From an uncultured Gemmatimonadaceae bacterium (GTDB lineage Bacteria > Gemmatimonadota > Gemmatimonadetes > Gemmatimonadales > Gemmatimonadaceae), in assembly GCA_963716745.1 (NCBI GenBank), contig OY970320.1:480001-544000 (forward strand): DNA of 64,000 nucleotides. The letters run 5' to 3'. The notes beneath the pieces are model-generated. The model worked only from the letters and a program-made list of their open reading frames with translations. It made no database searches and was not told where the DNA came from. The position numbers were made by a program, and so were the translations under genes. Shown piece by piece: positions 38,417-50,102 of this stretch (position 1 is the first letter of the stretch; each line of letters begins with the position of its first letter).

Positions 38417-39577
38417 CTACCGTGTCACGGCCGGCGCACCGATCGACGCGCCGGCCGACGCACGGGCGATCCGCCACTTCCCTGCGCGGCCGAATCGCAC
38501 TTCGAAGTCTCGGTGTACGGCGGCGGCCGCGCTCGCGAGCGACTCGGCGGCACCGCTCGCGATCGCACACCCGCCCCACCCCGCCCCGGTGAGACGCGCG
38601 CCCGTCACGCCGGGTTCACGCATCACCCGCTCCACGAACCAGTCGAGCTCCTCGCACGAACATTCGTAGTCGCGGCGAAGTGATTCGTGACTCGCGAGCA
38701 ACTCATCGCCCGGGATCTCGCCGCTGCGCTCGAGCGCCGAGACCACTCGCCCGACGCGGCGCGTCTCGGTCACTACGTGGCGTGCCCGGCGATCGAGCGG
38801 CGCGGGCAGCCGTGCGTCGGTCACCTGCTCCGGCGTCGCGGCCGCGAGCGAGGCTAGGCCCGGATCGGCGCGGCGCAGCAACGCGAGCGCGCCTTCGCAT
38901 TCCGCGCGACGCTCATTGAAGGCCGCGCCTCGCAGCTCGCGCGACACTCCCGTGTCGAATATCAGAACGTCGCCGGCGAACGGCACCTCGGCGGTGTTGG
39001 CCGTGTCGCACCAGATGCGCAGCGCGTGGCCTTCGGTCGCGAGCGCGCACACGAGCTGATCCATGATCCCCACGGCGACGCCCACGAACTCCTCCTCGGC
39101 GCGCCGCGCGCACATCGCCAGTGCGCAATGCGACACGTCGCGGCCGCTCGCACGCGCGAGCGCGAGACCGCACGCGATCTCGAGCGACGCCGAACTCGCG
39201 AGCCCCGCGCCGGTGGGCACGTCACTCACGATGGCGAGATCGGCGCCCGCGAGCGTCACGCGTTCGCGCACGAGCTGCATGGCCACGCCCGCGGGATAAT
39301 CCCACCATTTCCCGGCGGCACGCGCATCGACCAACGGGAATTCGCCCGCCTCGCTCCGCGTCGCACTCACCGCGCGCACGGTGTTGCCACCGTTCGCCCG
39401 CGCCGCGACCCACGTGCGCTCGCCGATCGCCATCGGCAGCACCTGGCCGCCGTTATAGTCGGTGTGTTCGCCAATGAGATTCACGCGCCCGGGCGCCGAC
39501 GCAATGACACTCGGCGCGCCGCCGAACGTGCCGCTGAACAGTGCCGCGGCGCGATCGGCGCCGCTTACCGCGGTCAC
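38417..39577 (-). CDS. galK: Galactokinase
   Basis: APGRVNLIGEHTDYNGG, PTGAGLASSA, GARLTGAGWGG. Confidence 0.93.
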   Translation of the reverse strand: MTAVSGADRAAALFSGTFGGAPSVIASAPGRVNLIGEHTDYNGGQVLPMAIGERTWVAARANGGNTVRAVSATRSEAGEFPLVDARAAGKWWDYPAGVAMQLVRERVTLAGADLAIVSDVPTGAGLASSASLEIACGLALARASGRDVSHCALAMCARRAEEEFVGVAVGIMDQLVCALATEGHALRIWCDTANTAEVPFAGDVLIFDTGVSRELRGAAFNERRAECEGALALLRRADPGLASLAAATPEQVTDARLPAPLDRRARHVVTETRRVGRVVSALERSGEIPGDELLASHESLRRDYECSCEELDWFVERVMREPGVTGARLTGAGWGGCAIASGAAESLASAAAAVHRDFEVRFGRAGKWRIARASAGASIGAPAVTR

Positions 39578-41382
39578 GGCCGCGCGCCCAGCCCGTGCAC
39601 GGCGTACCACGCGCACCACGCGACGAGCCCCGCGAGCGCGGCGTCGCCGCCGTTCGACAGCGCGTTGCCCTCGGCGTCGACGAATTCGGCGGCGAGCCCG
39701 TTGTCGAGTGGCGCGCGCCGCAGCCACTTGAGCGCGGCCGCGGCGTCGGGCCCCACGAGCATCGCGCAGCGCCGAGCGAGCGGTTCGCCGCCGGGCGCGG
39801 AATTCGCCTCGGCGCTCTCAGTCGCCGCGCGCAGCGTGCGGCGGTACACCGAATCGTGCCGCTCTACCGCGTCGTACAGCGGCAGCCAGTACGCCGACGC
39901 CGTCGCATCTTCCGCGAGATCGTGCTTCCCCGCGAGGTCCACCGCCGACGCGAACACCACTTTGCCGTCGCGCTCCACCGCGAAATGACGCCGCAGCGCC
40001 GCGCGCACCGCTTCCGGATCCTGCACCGTGCGCGCCGTTTCCTCATCGAGCGTGCGCTTGAATACCTCGAGCGCCACCGCCGCCACGGCATTGCCGTGCA
40101 GCGCATACGGGAATGCCGCCGGCCGCCCCGCGAGCGTGACCTCGGTGCGGAAGAGCGGTATATGCTCGTCCCGGCGCGCGTTCAGATCCTCCCACGCGTT
40201 GTACAACGTGTCGGCGACTACCGGTTCTTCCACGAGTGCGTCATCGCCGGTATCGCGAATGTAGCGGTCCGCCGCGAGCGCGAACGCGGTCACACCCTCG
40301 AGCGAGAATCCCGGCTCGAACAGCGTGCCGTCCATGTAGTGCGTGCCGTTCCCGGGCGCGTAGCCGTGCAATTCGCCCGCGCGGAGCAGCAGCTCGCGCG
40401 CGAATGGCGCATCGGCGAGCTGCACCGCCGGCAGCGTCCACGACAGCGCCTCCCAATCGGTGACGGTGATGCCGCGCCCGTTCCACGGTGCGCGCGAGCG
40501 CACGAGGTAGAAATGCGCGTCGTCGATCGCGCGGCCGCACGCGTAGAAATAAGCGAACAGCAGGTTCCGGTTGATGAGCCGGTCGATCCCATCGTGACCG
40601 ACGGTCTGCTCCATGCCCTGCAGCGCGTCGCGCGTGATGGTGAGCAGTTCGCTCCAGCCGCGCCGCCGCATCACTTCCACCGTGGCCTCGGCGCCATCGC
40701 GCTCGGGGCCGGCGGCGATGTAGAACGCCGTGCTCACACTCGCACCGGGGGCCACGGCGAGATCGCGATGGAGCGCGAAGCGCGGCCTACTCGACGCATC
40801 CGTCTCAATGCGCGCGTCGCCGTCGGCGGCGATGGCGAGCGCGGCGAGTCCGGGCTGTGCGCTCCCTTCGAGCACCACCACCTGCCCGGGCGCGCTCACG
40901 ACGCGATGCGCATCATCGGCCGCACGCGGGCTCCGCACCCGCAATTGGCGATGGCCGAGCGTCCCCTCGAGCGACAGCGTGATGCGGCGCTCGTGCTTGC
41001 CGCGATTCTCCACCGCGAGCGCGTACACGGCGCCGGCAATGTCGGCGTCGCGGCCATGCGGCGCGAATACGGTGCCGCGCAGCACGAGACCGTCTACGCT
41101 GCAGGAGAACGTCGGCAGCCATCCGCTCGCGCGCTCCCAGGCGAGCGCTTGCGCGCCGATCGGGCGCTCCTCGCCATCGATGCGCAGCACCGGACGCATG
41201 AGCGGCGCGTGCGCCCCGCCCAGGAATTCGGCATCGCCCGCGAACTCCAGCGCCGCGCGGGCGCCGCGATGGAGCAGGCCGAGCGCGTGGAGTGAGGCGT
41301 CGGCCGGATGGATGCACGGCAGGGCGAGCCAATGATTGCCCGTCACCTGCCACGGCACATCGGGGATCGGGATCGGAGGCAC
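39574..41382 (-). CDS. Putative glycoside hydrolase, (alpha/alpha)6-barrel type (GH125-like)
   Basis: Long ORF with beta-sandwich then helical region, upstream of galK; family call is by resemblance only. Confidence 0.5.
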   Translation of the reverse strand: MPPIPIPDVPWQVTGNHWLALPCIHPADASLHALGLLHRGARAALEFAGDAEFLGGAHAPLMRPVLRIDGEERPIGAQALAWERASGWLPTFSCSVDGLVLRGTVFAPHGRDADIAGAVYALAVENRGKHERRITLSLEGTLGHRQLRVRSPRAADDAHRVVSAPGQVVVLEGSAQPGLAALAIAADGDARIETDASSRPRFALHRDLAVAPGASVSTAFYIAAGPERDGAEATVEVMRRRGWSELLTITRDALQGMEQTVGHDGIDRLINRNLLFAYFYACGRAIDDAHFYLVRSRAPWNGRGITVTDWEALSWTLPAVQLADAPFARELLLRAGELHGYAPGNGTHYMDGTLFEPGFSLEGVTAFALAADRYIRDTGDDALVEEPVVADTLYNAWEDLNARRDEHIPLFRTEVTLAGRPAAFPYALHGNAVAAVALEVFKRTLDEETARTVQDPEAVRAALRRHFAVERDGKVVFASAVDLAGKHDLAEDATASAYWLPLYDAVERHDSVYRRTLRAATESAEANSAPGGEPLARRCAMLVGPDAAAALKWLRRAPLDNGLAAEFVDAEGNALSNGGDAALAGLVAWCAWYAVHGLGARP

Positions 41383-41440
41383 GGAACGAACATAACGCGC
41401 GGTTGTACACGGTGCGATGCGCGCGTTACACTTCCCTCTC

Positions 41441-42526
41441 ATGCTTCGCACTCTCTGCGCCGCGTTCGCGATCCTTGTCGCCGTGCCATCGCTCGCCGCG
41501 CAGGCATCGCTCGGCCCGAGCGACGATGCCACGATCGCACCACCCGGCGTCGTGCGCGCGCGGATCGGCAACTCGTGGAACAGCTACTACGAGACCCTCA
41601 CTCAGGGGCCGCAGTCGGCCAATGGGTACGTGCAGGTACGATATACGACGCTCAGCGCCGAGTTCGGCATCGCGCCGCGACTCTCGCTGATCGCGGTCGC
41701 GCCGGAAGCCGGCACGCTCGCGGCCACGGAGTGGCGGTCGAGCTACGGCTTCCAAGTGGACTCGTTCGTGAACACCTCGCACAACGGGATCGGCGATTTC
41801 GAGGTCGGCGCGAAAATCCAATGGCTGCGCGGCCCCGGTGAGTACGAGCGGCTGAACCTTACCGGTGTGCACGTGCGGAGCTCGCTCTCAGGATCGTGGC
41901 GGTTCGCCACCGGCACGGGCGACTATCCCGAGGTGCCGTTCAATGTGGGCACGGGCAGCCTGCGGCCCGCGTACACGCTCGGGTCCCAAACCGATCTCAT
42001 GATCGGCCACATTTTCTGGATCACCGCGGCGGGGCGCTATATCGCGCCGCAGAGCGCCACGGTGCCGGTGCTCGTGCATCCGCCGGGGCTGCCGCTCTCG
42101 AACATCTACGGCGTGATGGACGCGCAGGTGAGTGGCGGCAACTCGTACGTGCTCGAGGCGACGCCGCGCGCGGTGCTCGGCCCGTATTTCATGGTGGGAT
42201 TCCAGTACCAATATCTGAACAAAGCCGCGAACTCATACGTCGGCATGAAGACGGACACGATCGCGGGCAATCCGGTGGTCGTCAATGCCGCGACGCTCAA
42301 TGCGGCAAGCGCCGGCACGGCGCAAACGCTCTCCGGGATGATCACGTACTCCACCGTGGCGAGCTATCTCGAGCGCGGCGCCGGATTCCCGATCGAAGTG
42401 AGCTACCAGCACGTCTGGACGGTGAGCGCGACAGGCGCGACGCCGCCGAACGCGATCACGGACGTGGTGACGATCCGCTTTTGGGCAAGGCTCTGGGGCG
42501 GCTGGAAGCCGCAGCCGAAGAAGTAG
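41441..42526 (+). CDS. Exported hypothetical protein, likely beta-barrel
   Basis: Signal peptide, GIGDFEVGAK, alternating beta strands. Confidence 0.65.
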   Translation: MLRTLCAAFAILVAVPSLAAQASLGPSDDATIAPPGVVRARIGNSWNSYYETLTQGPQSANGYVQVRYTTLSAEFGIAPRLSLIAVAPEAGTLAATEWRSSYGFQVDSFVNTSHNGIGDFEVGAKIQWLRGPGEYERLNLTGVHVRSSLSGSWRFATGTGDYPEVPFNVGTGSLRPAYTLGSQTDLMIGHIFWITAAGRYIAPQSATVPVLVHPPGLPLSNIYGVMDAQVSGGNSYVLEATPRAVLGPYFMVGFQYQYLNKAANSYVGMKTDTIAGNPVVVNAATLNAASAGTAQTLSGMITYSTVASYLERGAGFPIEVSYQHVWTVSATGATPPNAITDVVTIRFWARLWGGWKPQPKK

Positions 42527-44205
42527 CCTCCGCGCCGCGTGCCGCGGCACTCGCCAGCAATTCCTTCGCATGCGCGCGGCTCACCGCGCTCTCGGCATCG
42601 CCGCCGAGCATGCGCGCGATCTCGGTCACGCGTTCATCGGCGTCCACCACGCGTGTGTCGGCGGTGGTGATGCCGCCGCGTGCGCCCTTGCTCACCACGA
42701 TGTGATGGTGCGCCCGCGCGGCGATCTGCGGCAGATGCGAGATCGCGAGCACCTGATGGTGCGCAGCGACTTTGCGCATGGTGTCGCCCACTTGGAGGCC
42801 GACGGCGCCGCCGATGCCGGCGTCCACCTCGTCGAACACGAGCGTGGGCACTTCGTCGAGGCGCGCGAGGATGGTCTTGAGCGCGAGCATCACGCGCGAG
42901 AGTTCGCCGCCCGACGCGACGCGCGCGAGCGGGCGCGCATCGTGGCCCACGTTGAGCGCCACGCGGAACTCCACATCCTCGGCGCCCGTGGCCGCGATCT
43001 CCGCGCGCGGCGCGAGCGCGGCGCGGAAGTGGCCGTCGGGCATGCCGAGTTCGGGGAGGATCGCGTCCACCTCGCGCGCGAGACGCGCCGCGGCCTCGAC
43101 GCGCTTCTCGCTGAGCGCCGCCGCCGCGGTAGCGAGCGCGGCCCGCGCGGCATCGCGCTTCGTTTCCAGCTGGCGCAGGTCGAGCGAGGCGGTATCGACG
43201 AGATCGAGTTCGGCGCGGGCTTTGCGCACCGTCTCGATCGCCTCTTCCACGGTGGGTCCGTACTTCTTGAGCAGTTTGAACAAGCAGATCGCGGCGCGCC
43301 TGCACCGCTTCGAGCCGTGACGGATCGAGATCCACGCCGCGCGCGTACACATCCAGCTCGCGCGAGAGTTCCTGCAGCGCGTAGAAGCCGTTATCGAAGA
43401 TCTCCTGCAGCCGCGCGAGCGACGGATCGATACGCTGGATGTTCGCGAGCGAGCGCTGCACGTGCGCGAGCTGCGTGAGCGCCGAGGCCTCCTCGCCCTC
43501 GAGCGCCGCCGCCATGCCCGACGACAAGGTGCGCAGTTCGTCCGCGTGCTCGAGGCGGCGTGCCTCGTCCTCCAGCTTCGCTTCTTCGCCGGCGACGAGT
43601 TTAGCGTCCTCCAGCTCGCGCACGAGATGGCGCAGATAGTCGGCGCGCCGCTCGGCCTCAGCGCGGCGAGACGTGAGTTGCTCGATCTCGCGCGTGACCC
43701 CCGAGAGCGTTTCGTGCGCCGTGCGCACGCGCTGCGCGAGTGGCGATGCACCGCCGAACAGATCGAGGATGCGGCGCTGCGATTCGACATCCAGCAGCGA
43801 CTGCGCCTCGTGCTGCCCATGGAGGTTCACCAACGCGCGGCCGATCTCGGCGAGCACGCCGGCGGTGACCGTACCGCCGTTCACCCACGCTCGCCCGCGG
43901 CCGCTCGCCGCGATCTCGCGCTTGAGCACCACCGTAGTGCCATCCATCTCGACGCCGCGCTCGTCGAGCAGCGCGAGCAATTCGCGCCGCCCTTCGGCGT
44001 CGAACACGCCTTCCACCGTCGCCTTGTCGGCGCCCGTGCGGATGAGATCGGCGCTCGCGCGCTCGCCGAGCAGCAGCGCCAACGCGCCGACAATGATCGA
44101 TTTCCCCGCGCCCGTCTCGCCGGTGAGCACGTTGAAGCCGCCGGCGAGCGGCAGCGTGAGGCCGTCGATGATCGCGAAGTTGCGGATGCGCAGTTCGATG
44201 AGCAC
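42456..44205 (-). CDS. recN: DNA repair protein RecN (frameshift near 43285)
   Basis: LTGETGAGKS, HGQHE, ASGGELSR, FDEVDAGIGG, SHLPQIAA. Confidence 0.94.
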
Positions 44206-44207
44206 GG

Positions 44208-45065
44208 CTAGACCTCGTCGCGTTCCGGCAGACCGCCCCAGCCAAGCTTCCGGCGCATGCGCGCGAAGAACGATCCGTCGCGGAAGCGGACGACGAGCAC
44301 CGGCCGGTCGGCGCGGCGCACGGAGAGTGAATCGCCCGGCACGAAGGTAGTGCCTACCTGCCCGTCGATCGTCACCAGAAGTTCATCCGGCGAATCATCC
44401 GCTTGCAACAGGATGTCGGCGGTGGGCGCGAGCACCACCGGCCGCACCGCGAGCGTATGCGGCGAGATCGGCGTGAGAATGATCGAATCCACCGTGGGCA
44501 CCACCACGGGCCCGCCCGCGGAAAGACTGTACGCCGTTGAGCCGGTCGGCGTGGCGACGATGAGCCCATCGGATGCGAACGCGCCGATGAGTTCGCCGTC
44601 CACCGTGGCACGGAGCCGCACTACGCGCGCGCGCCCGCTCTTGTGCAGCACCACATCGTTCAGCGCGCGCCACCGTGTGTCGGGCTCGCGATTGGTGCGT
44701 GCCTCGAGCGCCATGCGCGGCTCCACGATGAAATCGTTCGCCGCGAGCAGGGTGAGCGCGCGGTCGAGATCCTCGCCGCCGGTGGCGGTGAGAAAGCCGA
44801 GGCGCCCGAGGTTCACGCCGAGGATCGGCACTTGGCGCGCGCCCACGAGCCGCGCGCCGCGCAGCATCGTGCCGTCGCCGCCAAGCGTGAGCAGTATGTC
44901 GATGCGTGTGGCGGCATCGAGGCGCTCGGCGCCGGGCGCCGCGCCGGCAATATCCTCCTCGAGCACGAGCGTCATGCCGAGTTGCGGCGCGCGCGCGGTG
45001 AGGAGTCGCAAGATGGCCGGGAGTCCCTCGTAACGAAGGTTCCCGACGACGCCGATCCGCGTCAC
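44208..45065 (-). CDS. nadK: NAD+ kinase
   Basis: LGGDGTML, NLGRLGFL, TPTGSTAYSLSAGGP. Confidence 0.95.
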   Translation of the reverse strand: MTRIGVVGNLRYEGLPAILRLLTARAPQLGMTLVLEEDIAGAAPGAERLDAATRIDILLTLGGDGTMLRGARLVGARQVPILGVNLGRLGFLTATGGEDLDRALTLLAANDFIVEPRMALEARTNREPDTRWRALNDVVLHKSGRARVVRLRATVDGELIGAFASDGLIVATPTGSTAYSLSAGGPVVVPTVDSIILTPISPHTLAVRPVVLAPTADILLQADDSPDELLVTIDGQVGTTFVPGDSLSVRRADRPVLVVRFRDGSFFARMRRKLGWGGLPERDEV

Positions 45066-46942
45066 CCCGCCACCGCTTCGCTCTCGAGCAGCGCGCGCAC
45101 GCGGGCCGCGATGCCGGCGGCATCGAGGCCGGTCCACTTGAGTTGCACTTTACGGGGCGCCTGCTCGATGAACCGGTCGGGCACGCCGTGCACGCTCACG
45201 CGGATCGCCGGGTCGATCGCGCCGATCACGCTCGACATGTACGCGCCGAAGCCGTTCACCACCGTGCCCTCTTCCACTGTGAGGATGTTCCGGTGCGTCG
45301 CGGCGATCGCGTGCAGCGTCACCTCATCGTACGGCTTGATGAAGCGGCAATTCACCACGGTGAGATTGAGTCCTTCGGCCGCCAGCGCCTTCGCCGCGGC
45401 GAGCGCCGGCAGCACCATCGTGCCGGTGGCGAGCACGGCGAACTCCTTGCCCTGGCGCAGCACTTCCCATGTCGCGAAGGGCGTCGCCGGGATGTCGTAC
45501 GCCTTCACCGGCGCGTCCGGCACCGCGTCGCGCGGATAGCGCAGCGCGAAGGGGCCCGAGGTATGCGCGAGCCCCGAGCGCAGCAGCGCGATCATCTCGG
45601 TGCCGTCCTTCGGCGCCGTGACCACCATGCCGGGCACCGCGAGCAGATACGCGATGTCGTAGAGGCCCATGTGCGTCGGCCCGTCTTCGCCCACGAGACC
45701 CGCGCGATCCATCGCGAAGATCACCGGCAGCTTCTGGATGCCCACGTCGTGGATGATGTTGTCGTACGCGCGCTGCAGGAATGTGGAATAGATCGCGCAC
45801 ACCGGGCGCTGTCCGCCCGCCGCGAGACCCGCCGCGAACGTCACCGCATGCCCCTCCGCGATGCCCACATCGAAGAACCGCTCCGGATATGCCTTGGCGA
45901 AGATGCCCGCGCCCGTGCCGGCGGGCATCGCGGCCGTGAGTACGACGAGCTTTGGCTCGATGGCGCCGAGTTCCGTGAGCGCCTGGCCGATCACCGCGGT
46001 GTACGCCGGATTCGCTTGCGACGGCTGCTTCTGCTTGCCGGTGGCCGGATCGTGTCCCGCCGGCAGCGCATGCCACTTCTCGTGATGCTCGCCCGCGGGG
46101 AATCCCTTTCCCTTCTTCGTGATCACGTGCACGAGGCGCGGGCCGTGCAGGGACTTCACCGCCGATAGCGTGTCCACGAGCATGTCCATATCGTGGCCAT
46201 CCACGGGGCCGAAGTAGCGGAAGCCGAGTTCCTCGAAGAGCACGCCGGGCGTGAGGAAATTCTTGACGCTCTCCTCCCACCGCTTCACGAGGTGACTCAC
46301 CGCCGGGAACTCGCTCACCATGCTCCCGATCTTCTCGCGCAGCCGGTTGTAGATGGGATTGCGCTGCACGCTGTTCAGGTAGCGCGAGATCGCGCCGACG
46401 TTCGGCGCGATCGACATGTCGTTGTCGTTCAGGATGACGATGATGTCGCGTCCGCTCGCGCCGGCGTTGTTCAATCCCTCGTACGACAATCCGCTGGTGA
46501 GCGCGCCATCGCCCAGGATCGCGACCACGCGATGGTCCTGGCCCGCGAGATCGCGCGCGACGGCGAAGCCGAAGGCCGCCGAGATCGCGGTGGCCGCATG
46601 ACCGGCACCGAAGGAATCGTAAGGGCTCTCGTCGCGCTTGAGGAATCCGGAGATGCCGCCTTCCTGACGGAGCGTCTCGAACTCCGCCTTCCGCCCCGTG
46701 AGCATCTTGTGCGGGTATCCCTGATGGCCCACGTCCCACACGAGCTGGTCGCGCGGCGTGTCGAACACGTGATGCAGCGCCACCGTGAGCTCCACGACGC
46801 CCAGTCCCGCGCCAATGTGGCCGCCGGTGCGCGAACAGGAATCGATCAGAGCGGCACGCACGTCATCCGCGAGCACGCGCAGTTCATCGCGCGTGAGCGG
46901 CTTGAGATCGGCGGGCAGATTGACGCGGTCGAGAACGGACAT
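45062..46942 (-). CDS. dxs: 1-deoxy-D-xylulose-5-phosphate synthase
   Basis: WDVGHQ, GDGAL, DVGIAEGHAV, DRAGLVGEDGPTH. Confidence 0.97.
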   Translation of the reverse strand: MSVLDRVNLPADLKPLTRDELRVLADDVRAALIDSCSRTGGHIGAGLGVVELTVALHHVFDTPRDQLVWDVGHQGYPHKMLTGRKAEFETLRQEGGISGFLKRDESPYDSFGAGHAATAISAAFGFAVARDLAGQDHRVVAILGDGALTSGLSYEGLNNAGASGRDIIVILNDNDMSIAPNVGAISRYLNSVQRNPIYNRLREKIGSMVSEFPAVSHLVKRWEESVKNFLTPGVLFEELGFRYFGPVDGHDMDMLVDTLSAVKSLHGPRLVHVITKKGKGFPAGEHHEKWHALPAGHDPATGKQKQPSQANPAYTAVIGQALTELGAIEPKLVVLTAAMPAGTGAGIFAKAYPERFFDVGIAEGHAVTFAAGLAAGGQRPVCAIYSTFLQRAYDNIIHDVGIQKLPVIFAMDRAGLVGEDGPTHMGLYDIAYLLAVPGMVVTAPKDGTEMIALLRSGLAHTSGPFALRYPRDAVPDAPVKAYDIPATPFATWEVLRQGKEFAVLATGTMVLPALAAAKALAAEGLNLTVVNCRFIKPYDEVTLHAIAATHRNILTVEEGTVVNGFGAYMSSVIGAIDPAIRVSVHGVPDRFIEQAPRKVQLKWTGLDAAGIAARVRALLESEAVAG

Positions 46943-46960
46943 CAGGGGTACGGTTCGGGT

Positions 46961-47842
46961 TCAGCTGGGACGCGCCACCGAGTAGCGCGCGAGATACGCG
47001 AGCTCCTCGGCCTGCACGCCGCCGGCCGTGAGCGCGGCGCATGCTTCCTCGGCGAGCGCGGCCGCGCGCGCGCGCGCTCCATCCACTCCGAGCAGCGCGG
47101 GATAGGTGCGCTTGCCGCGCTCCGCATCCCGCCCCGCCGTCTTGCCGAGCGCCTCGGTGGTGGCCGTGGCGTCGAGCACATCATCCGCGATCTGGAACGC
47201 GAGGCCCACCGCCTCGCCGTACTTCGTGAGCGCCTCCATGCCTCCGTCGCTCACCGATGCCGCGAGTCCGCCGATGCGCACCGCCGCGCGGATCAGCGCG
47301 CCGGTCTTCGCGCGATGGATCCGTTCGAGCTCGCGCACGCTCAGATCGCGCCCTTCCGTCTCGAGGTCGAGCAACTGACCGCCCACCATCCCGCCCGCTC
47401 CCGAAGCACTCATGAGCTCACGAACAATGGCGCGTCGCGGGGCACCGGGCAACCCGAGCGCGAGCGCGCCTTCGAGCGCCGCGCGGGCCGCGAGCGGCAC
47501 CATCGCCACGCCCGCCACTGTGGCCACCGGCGCGCCATATACGACGTGCGTCGTCGGCCGGCCGCGTCGCACCGCATCGTCGTCCATGCACGGCAGATCG
47601 TCGTGCACCAGCGAGTAGGCGTGCACCACCTCCACCGCGCCGGCGAGGAGCGTCGCGTTCGCGGTGCCGCCGCAGGCGCGGTACGACGCCAGCACGAGCA
47701 GCGGACGGAGCCGCTTCCCCTCCCCGAGCAGGCTGTAGCGCACCGCCTGCCCCACGACGGGAGGCACGTTCGCGAGCGCGCGGTCGCAGAGGGCGAGGAG
47801 CGCGGCATCGACCGCGGCGCGGTCGCCCGCCAGCGAGGTCAA
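46961..47842 (-). CDS. ispA: Farnesyl/geranylgeranyl diphosphate synthase
   Basis: GKRLRP, SLVHDDLPCMDDD, FQIADDVLD. Confidence 0.93.
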   Translation of the reverse strand: MTSLAGDRAAVDAALLALCDRALANVPPVVGQAVRYSLLGEGKRLRPLLVLASYRACGGTANATLLAGAVEVVHAYSLVHDDLPCMDDDAVRRGRPTTHVVYGAPVATVAGVAMVPLAARAALEGALALGLPGAPRRAIVRELMSASGAGGMVGGQLLDLETEGRDLSVRELERIHRAKTGALIRAAVRIGGLAASVSDGGMEALTKYGEAVGLAFQIADDVLDATATTEALGKTAGRDAERGKRTYPALLGVDGARARAAALAEEACAALTAGGVQAEELAYLARYSVARPS

Positions 47843-47846
47843 GCGC

Positions 47847-48053
47847 TCAGTCGCCGGCGAGCGAGACGCCGCCGTCGGCCTTCTCGACCAGCCGCTGCAC
47901 CTTGCCCTCGGCGTCCGCGAGCGCAGCGGCGGCGAGCCGCAGCTTCTCGACGCCCTCCTCGAACAGCGTGAGCGCGCGGTCGAGCGGCATCTCCTCCCGC
48001 TCGAGTTGCGCGACGATCGCCTCGATGCGCGCGAGATCATCTTCGAATGCCAT
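47847..48053 (-). CDS. xseB: Exodeoxyribonuclease VII small subunit
   Basis: FEDDLARIEAIVAQLE...LFEEGV. Confidence 0.92.
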   Translation of the reverse strand: MAFEDDLARIEAIVAQLEREEMPLDRALTLFEEGVEKLRLAAAALADAEGKVQRLVEKADGGVSLAGD

Positions 48054-48056
48054 CGG

Positions 48057-49218
48057 CTACTCCGTGGGTCCGTCCGACGTGGCGCGCACCGCGCCGTCGC
48101 GCAGCACGAGATCGAATCGCGCGCCGTGCGGGAGTGCCGCGGCGCTGGTGATCGGGTGGTGCGTCGCGGCGTCGCGCGCCACCGCATAGCCGCGCTCGAG
48201 CGTCGCCAGCGGACTGAGCGCATGCAAACGTCCTCCCGCCGCACCGAGCGAGGCGCGGCGCCGTTCGAGTCCTCGCGTCGCCGCGGTGCGAATATCGCGC
48301 TGCGCCCGAGTGACGCGCTCGCGCATCGCGGTGGCGCGCCGCACGAGCGCCGCGCGCAGACGTGATGCGCGCTGCGACATGTCGCGCCGCAGCGCCGCGA
48401 CGTCGGGCACCGCGGCCTCGGCGGCCGCACTTGGCGTGGCCGCGCGCAGGTCGGCCACCAGGTCGCAGAGCGAGATGTCCGTCTCATGGCCTACCGCACT
48501 GATCGTAGGCACCAGACACGCCGCGAGCGCGCGCGCGACCGCTTCCTCGTTGAACGCCTGCAGGTCCTCGCGAGAACCACCGCCCCGTCCCACGATCACG
48601 ACGTCCGCCTTGCCCCAGCGGCCGACGCGCTCGATCGCCGCGATGATCTCTTCCATGGCGCCCTCGCCCTGCACCTTGGCCGCGACCACCACGATCGTCA
48701 CACTCGGACAGCGCCGCTTGATCACCGTGACGATGTCGTGCAGCGCCGCGCCGTCGGGACTCGTCACGACCGCCACGATCCGCGGTATCTGCGGGATCCG
48801 GCGTTTGCGCCCGGGCGCGAGCAGCCCGTCGCGCGTCGAGGCGTGCACGCGCCAATTCGAAGCGCCGCCGCCACAATCCTTCGCCGGCCGCTTCCATCGC
48901 CGTCACGACGAAGCTGAATTCCCCAGTCGCTTCCCAGAAATTCACCTTGCCGTACGCACTGATCTGGTCGCCGACGGCCGGCGGCGCGGGGATGCGCGAC
49001 GTGGCGTACTTCCACACTTTGCATCGCAGCGTGGCGTCGCCGTCCTTGAGCGTGAAATACCAATGGCCGTTGCGATGCGGCTTGAACTCCACCACTTCGC
49101 CGCGCAGCCAGAGCGCCTCGAACGCGCCCTCGATGATCTCCTTGGCCGCGCCGAGGAACGCGCCGACTCCCAGCGCGCTCTCGGCAGTGGCGCCGGGAAG
49201 CGACGCGCGCGCGGTCAT
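48057..49218 (-). CDS. xseA: Exodeoxyribonuclease VII large subunit (frameshift near 48850)
   Basis: [34 protein letters not shown]. Confidence 0.92.
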
Positions 49219-50102
49219 GCCGTGGCGCTCCGCTCCGCGGCGCGCACCGTGTTCTGCAGCAGCATCGCGATCGTCATCGGGCCCACGCCGCCCGGCACGG
49301 GCGTGATCTTCGAGGCCACCGCGCTCGCGCTCGCGAAGTCCACGTCGCCCACGAGCCGCGTGCCGTTCTTGGCGGTGGCGTCCGCGATCCGGTTGATGCC
49401 CACATCGATCACCACCGCACCCGGCTTCACCATGTCACCCGTGACCATGTTCGGCTTGCCCGCGGCCACGATGAGGATGTCGGCGCGGCGCGTGTGCGAC
49501 GCGAGATCCTTCGTCGCGCTGTGGCACACGGTGGTCGTCGCGTTCGCGCCTTCGCGCTGCTGCACCATGAGCGCCATCATCGGCTTGCCCACGATGTTGC
49601 TGCGCCCTACGATCACGCACTCGGCACCCTTCGTTTGCACGCCGCTGCGGATGAGCATCTCGAGCACGCCGGCCGGCGTGCACGGCACGAAACCGTCGCG
49701 CTCGCCAATCAGATTCTTCCCGACGTTCACCGGATGGAATCCGTCGACATCCTTCTCCGGCTTGATCGCGCGGATGATCGCGTCCGGATCGATGTGCTTG
49801 GGCAGCGGCATCTGCACGAGGATCCCGTGGATCGCCTTGTCGGCGTTCAGCGCCTGCACCTGCGCGAGCAGCGCCGCCTGCGTCGTCTCGGCGGGCAACC
49901 GGATCGTCACCGAGTGCATGCCGGCCTCTTCGGTCGCCTTCCCCTTCGCGCGCACGTAGACGGCGCTCGCGGGATCCTCGCCCACGAGCACCACCGCGAG
50001 CCCCGGCCTCACGCCGCGCGCGATGAGCGCGCGCGCTTTCTCCGCGGCCTCGGTGCGGATCGCGAGCGCGATCGCCGTGCCGTCGATCCGCTCAGCGGGC
50101 AA
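49215..50102 (-). CDS. folD: Methylene-THF dehydrogenase/cyclohydrolase
   Basis: [33 protein letters not shown]. Confidence 0.96.
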   Translation of the reverse strand: MPAERIDGTAIALAIRTEAAEKARALIARGVRPGLAVVLVGEDPASAVYVRAKGKATEEAGMHSVTIRLPAETTQAALLAQVQALNADKAIHGILVQMPLPKHIDPDAIIRAIKPEKDVDGFHPVNVGKNLIGERDGFVPCTPAGVLEMLIRSGVQTKGAECVIVGRSNIVGKPMMALMVQQREGANATTTVCHSATKDLASHTRRADILIVAAGKPNMVTGDMVKPGAVVIDVGINRIADATAKNGTRLVGDVDFASASAVASKITPVPGGVGPMTIAMLLQNTVRAAERSATA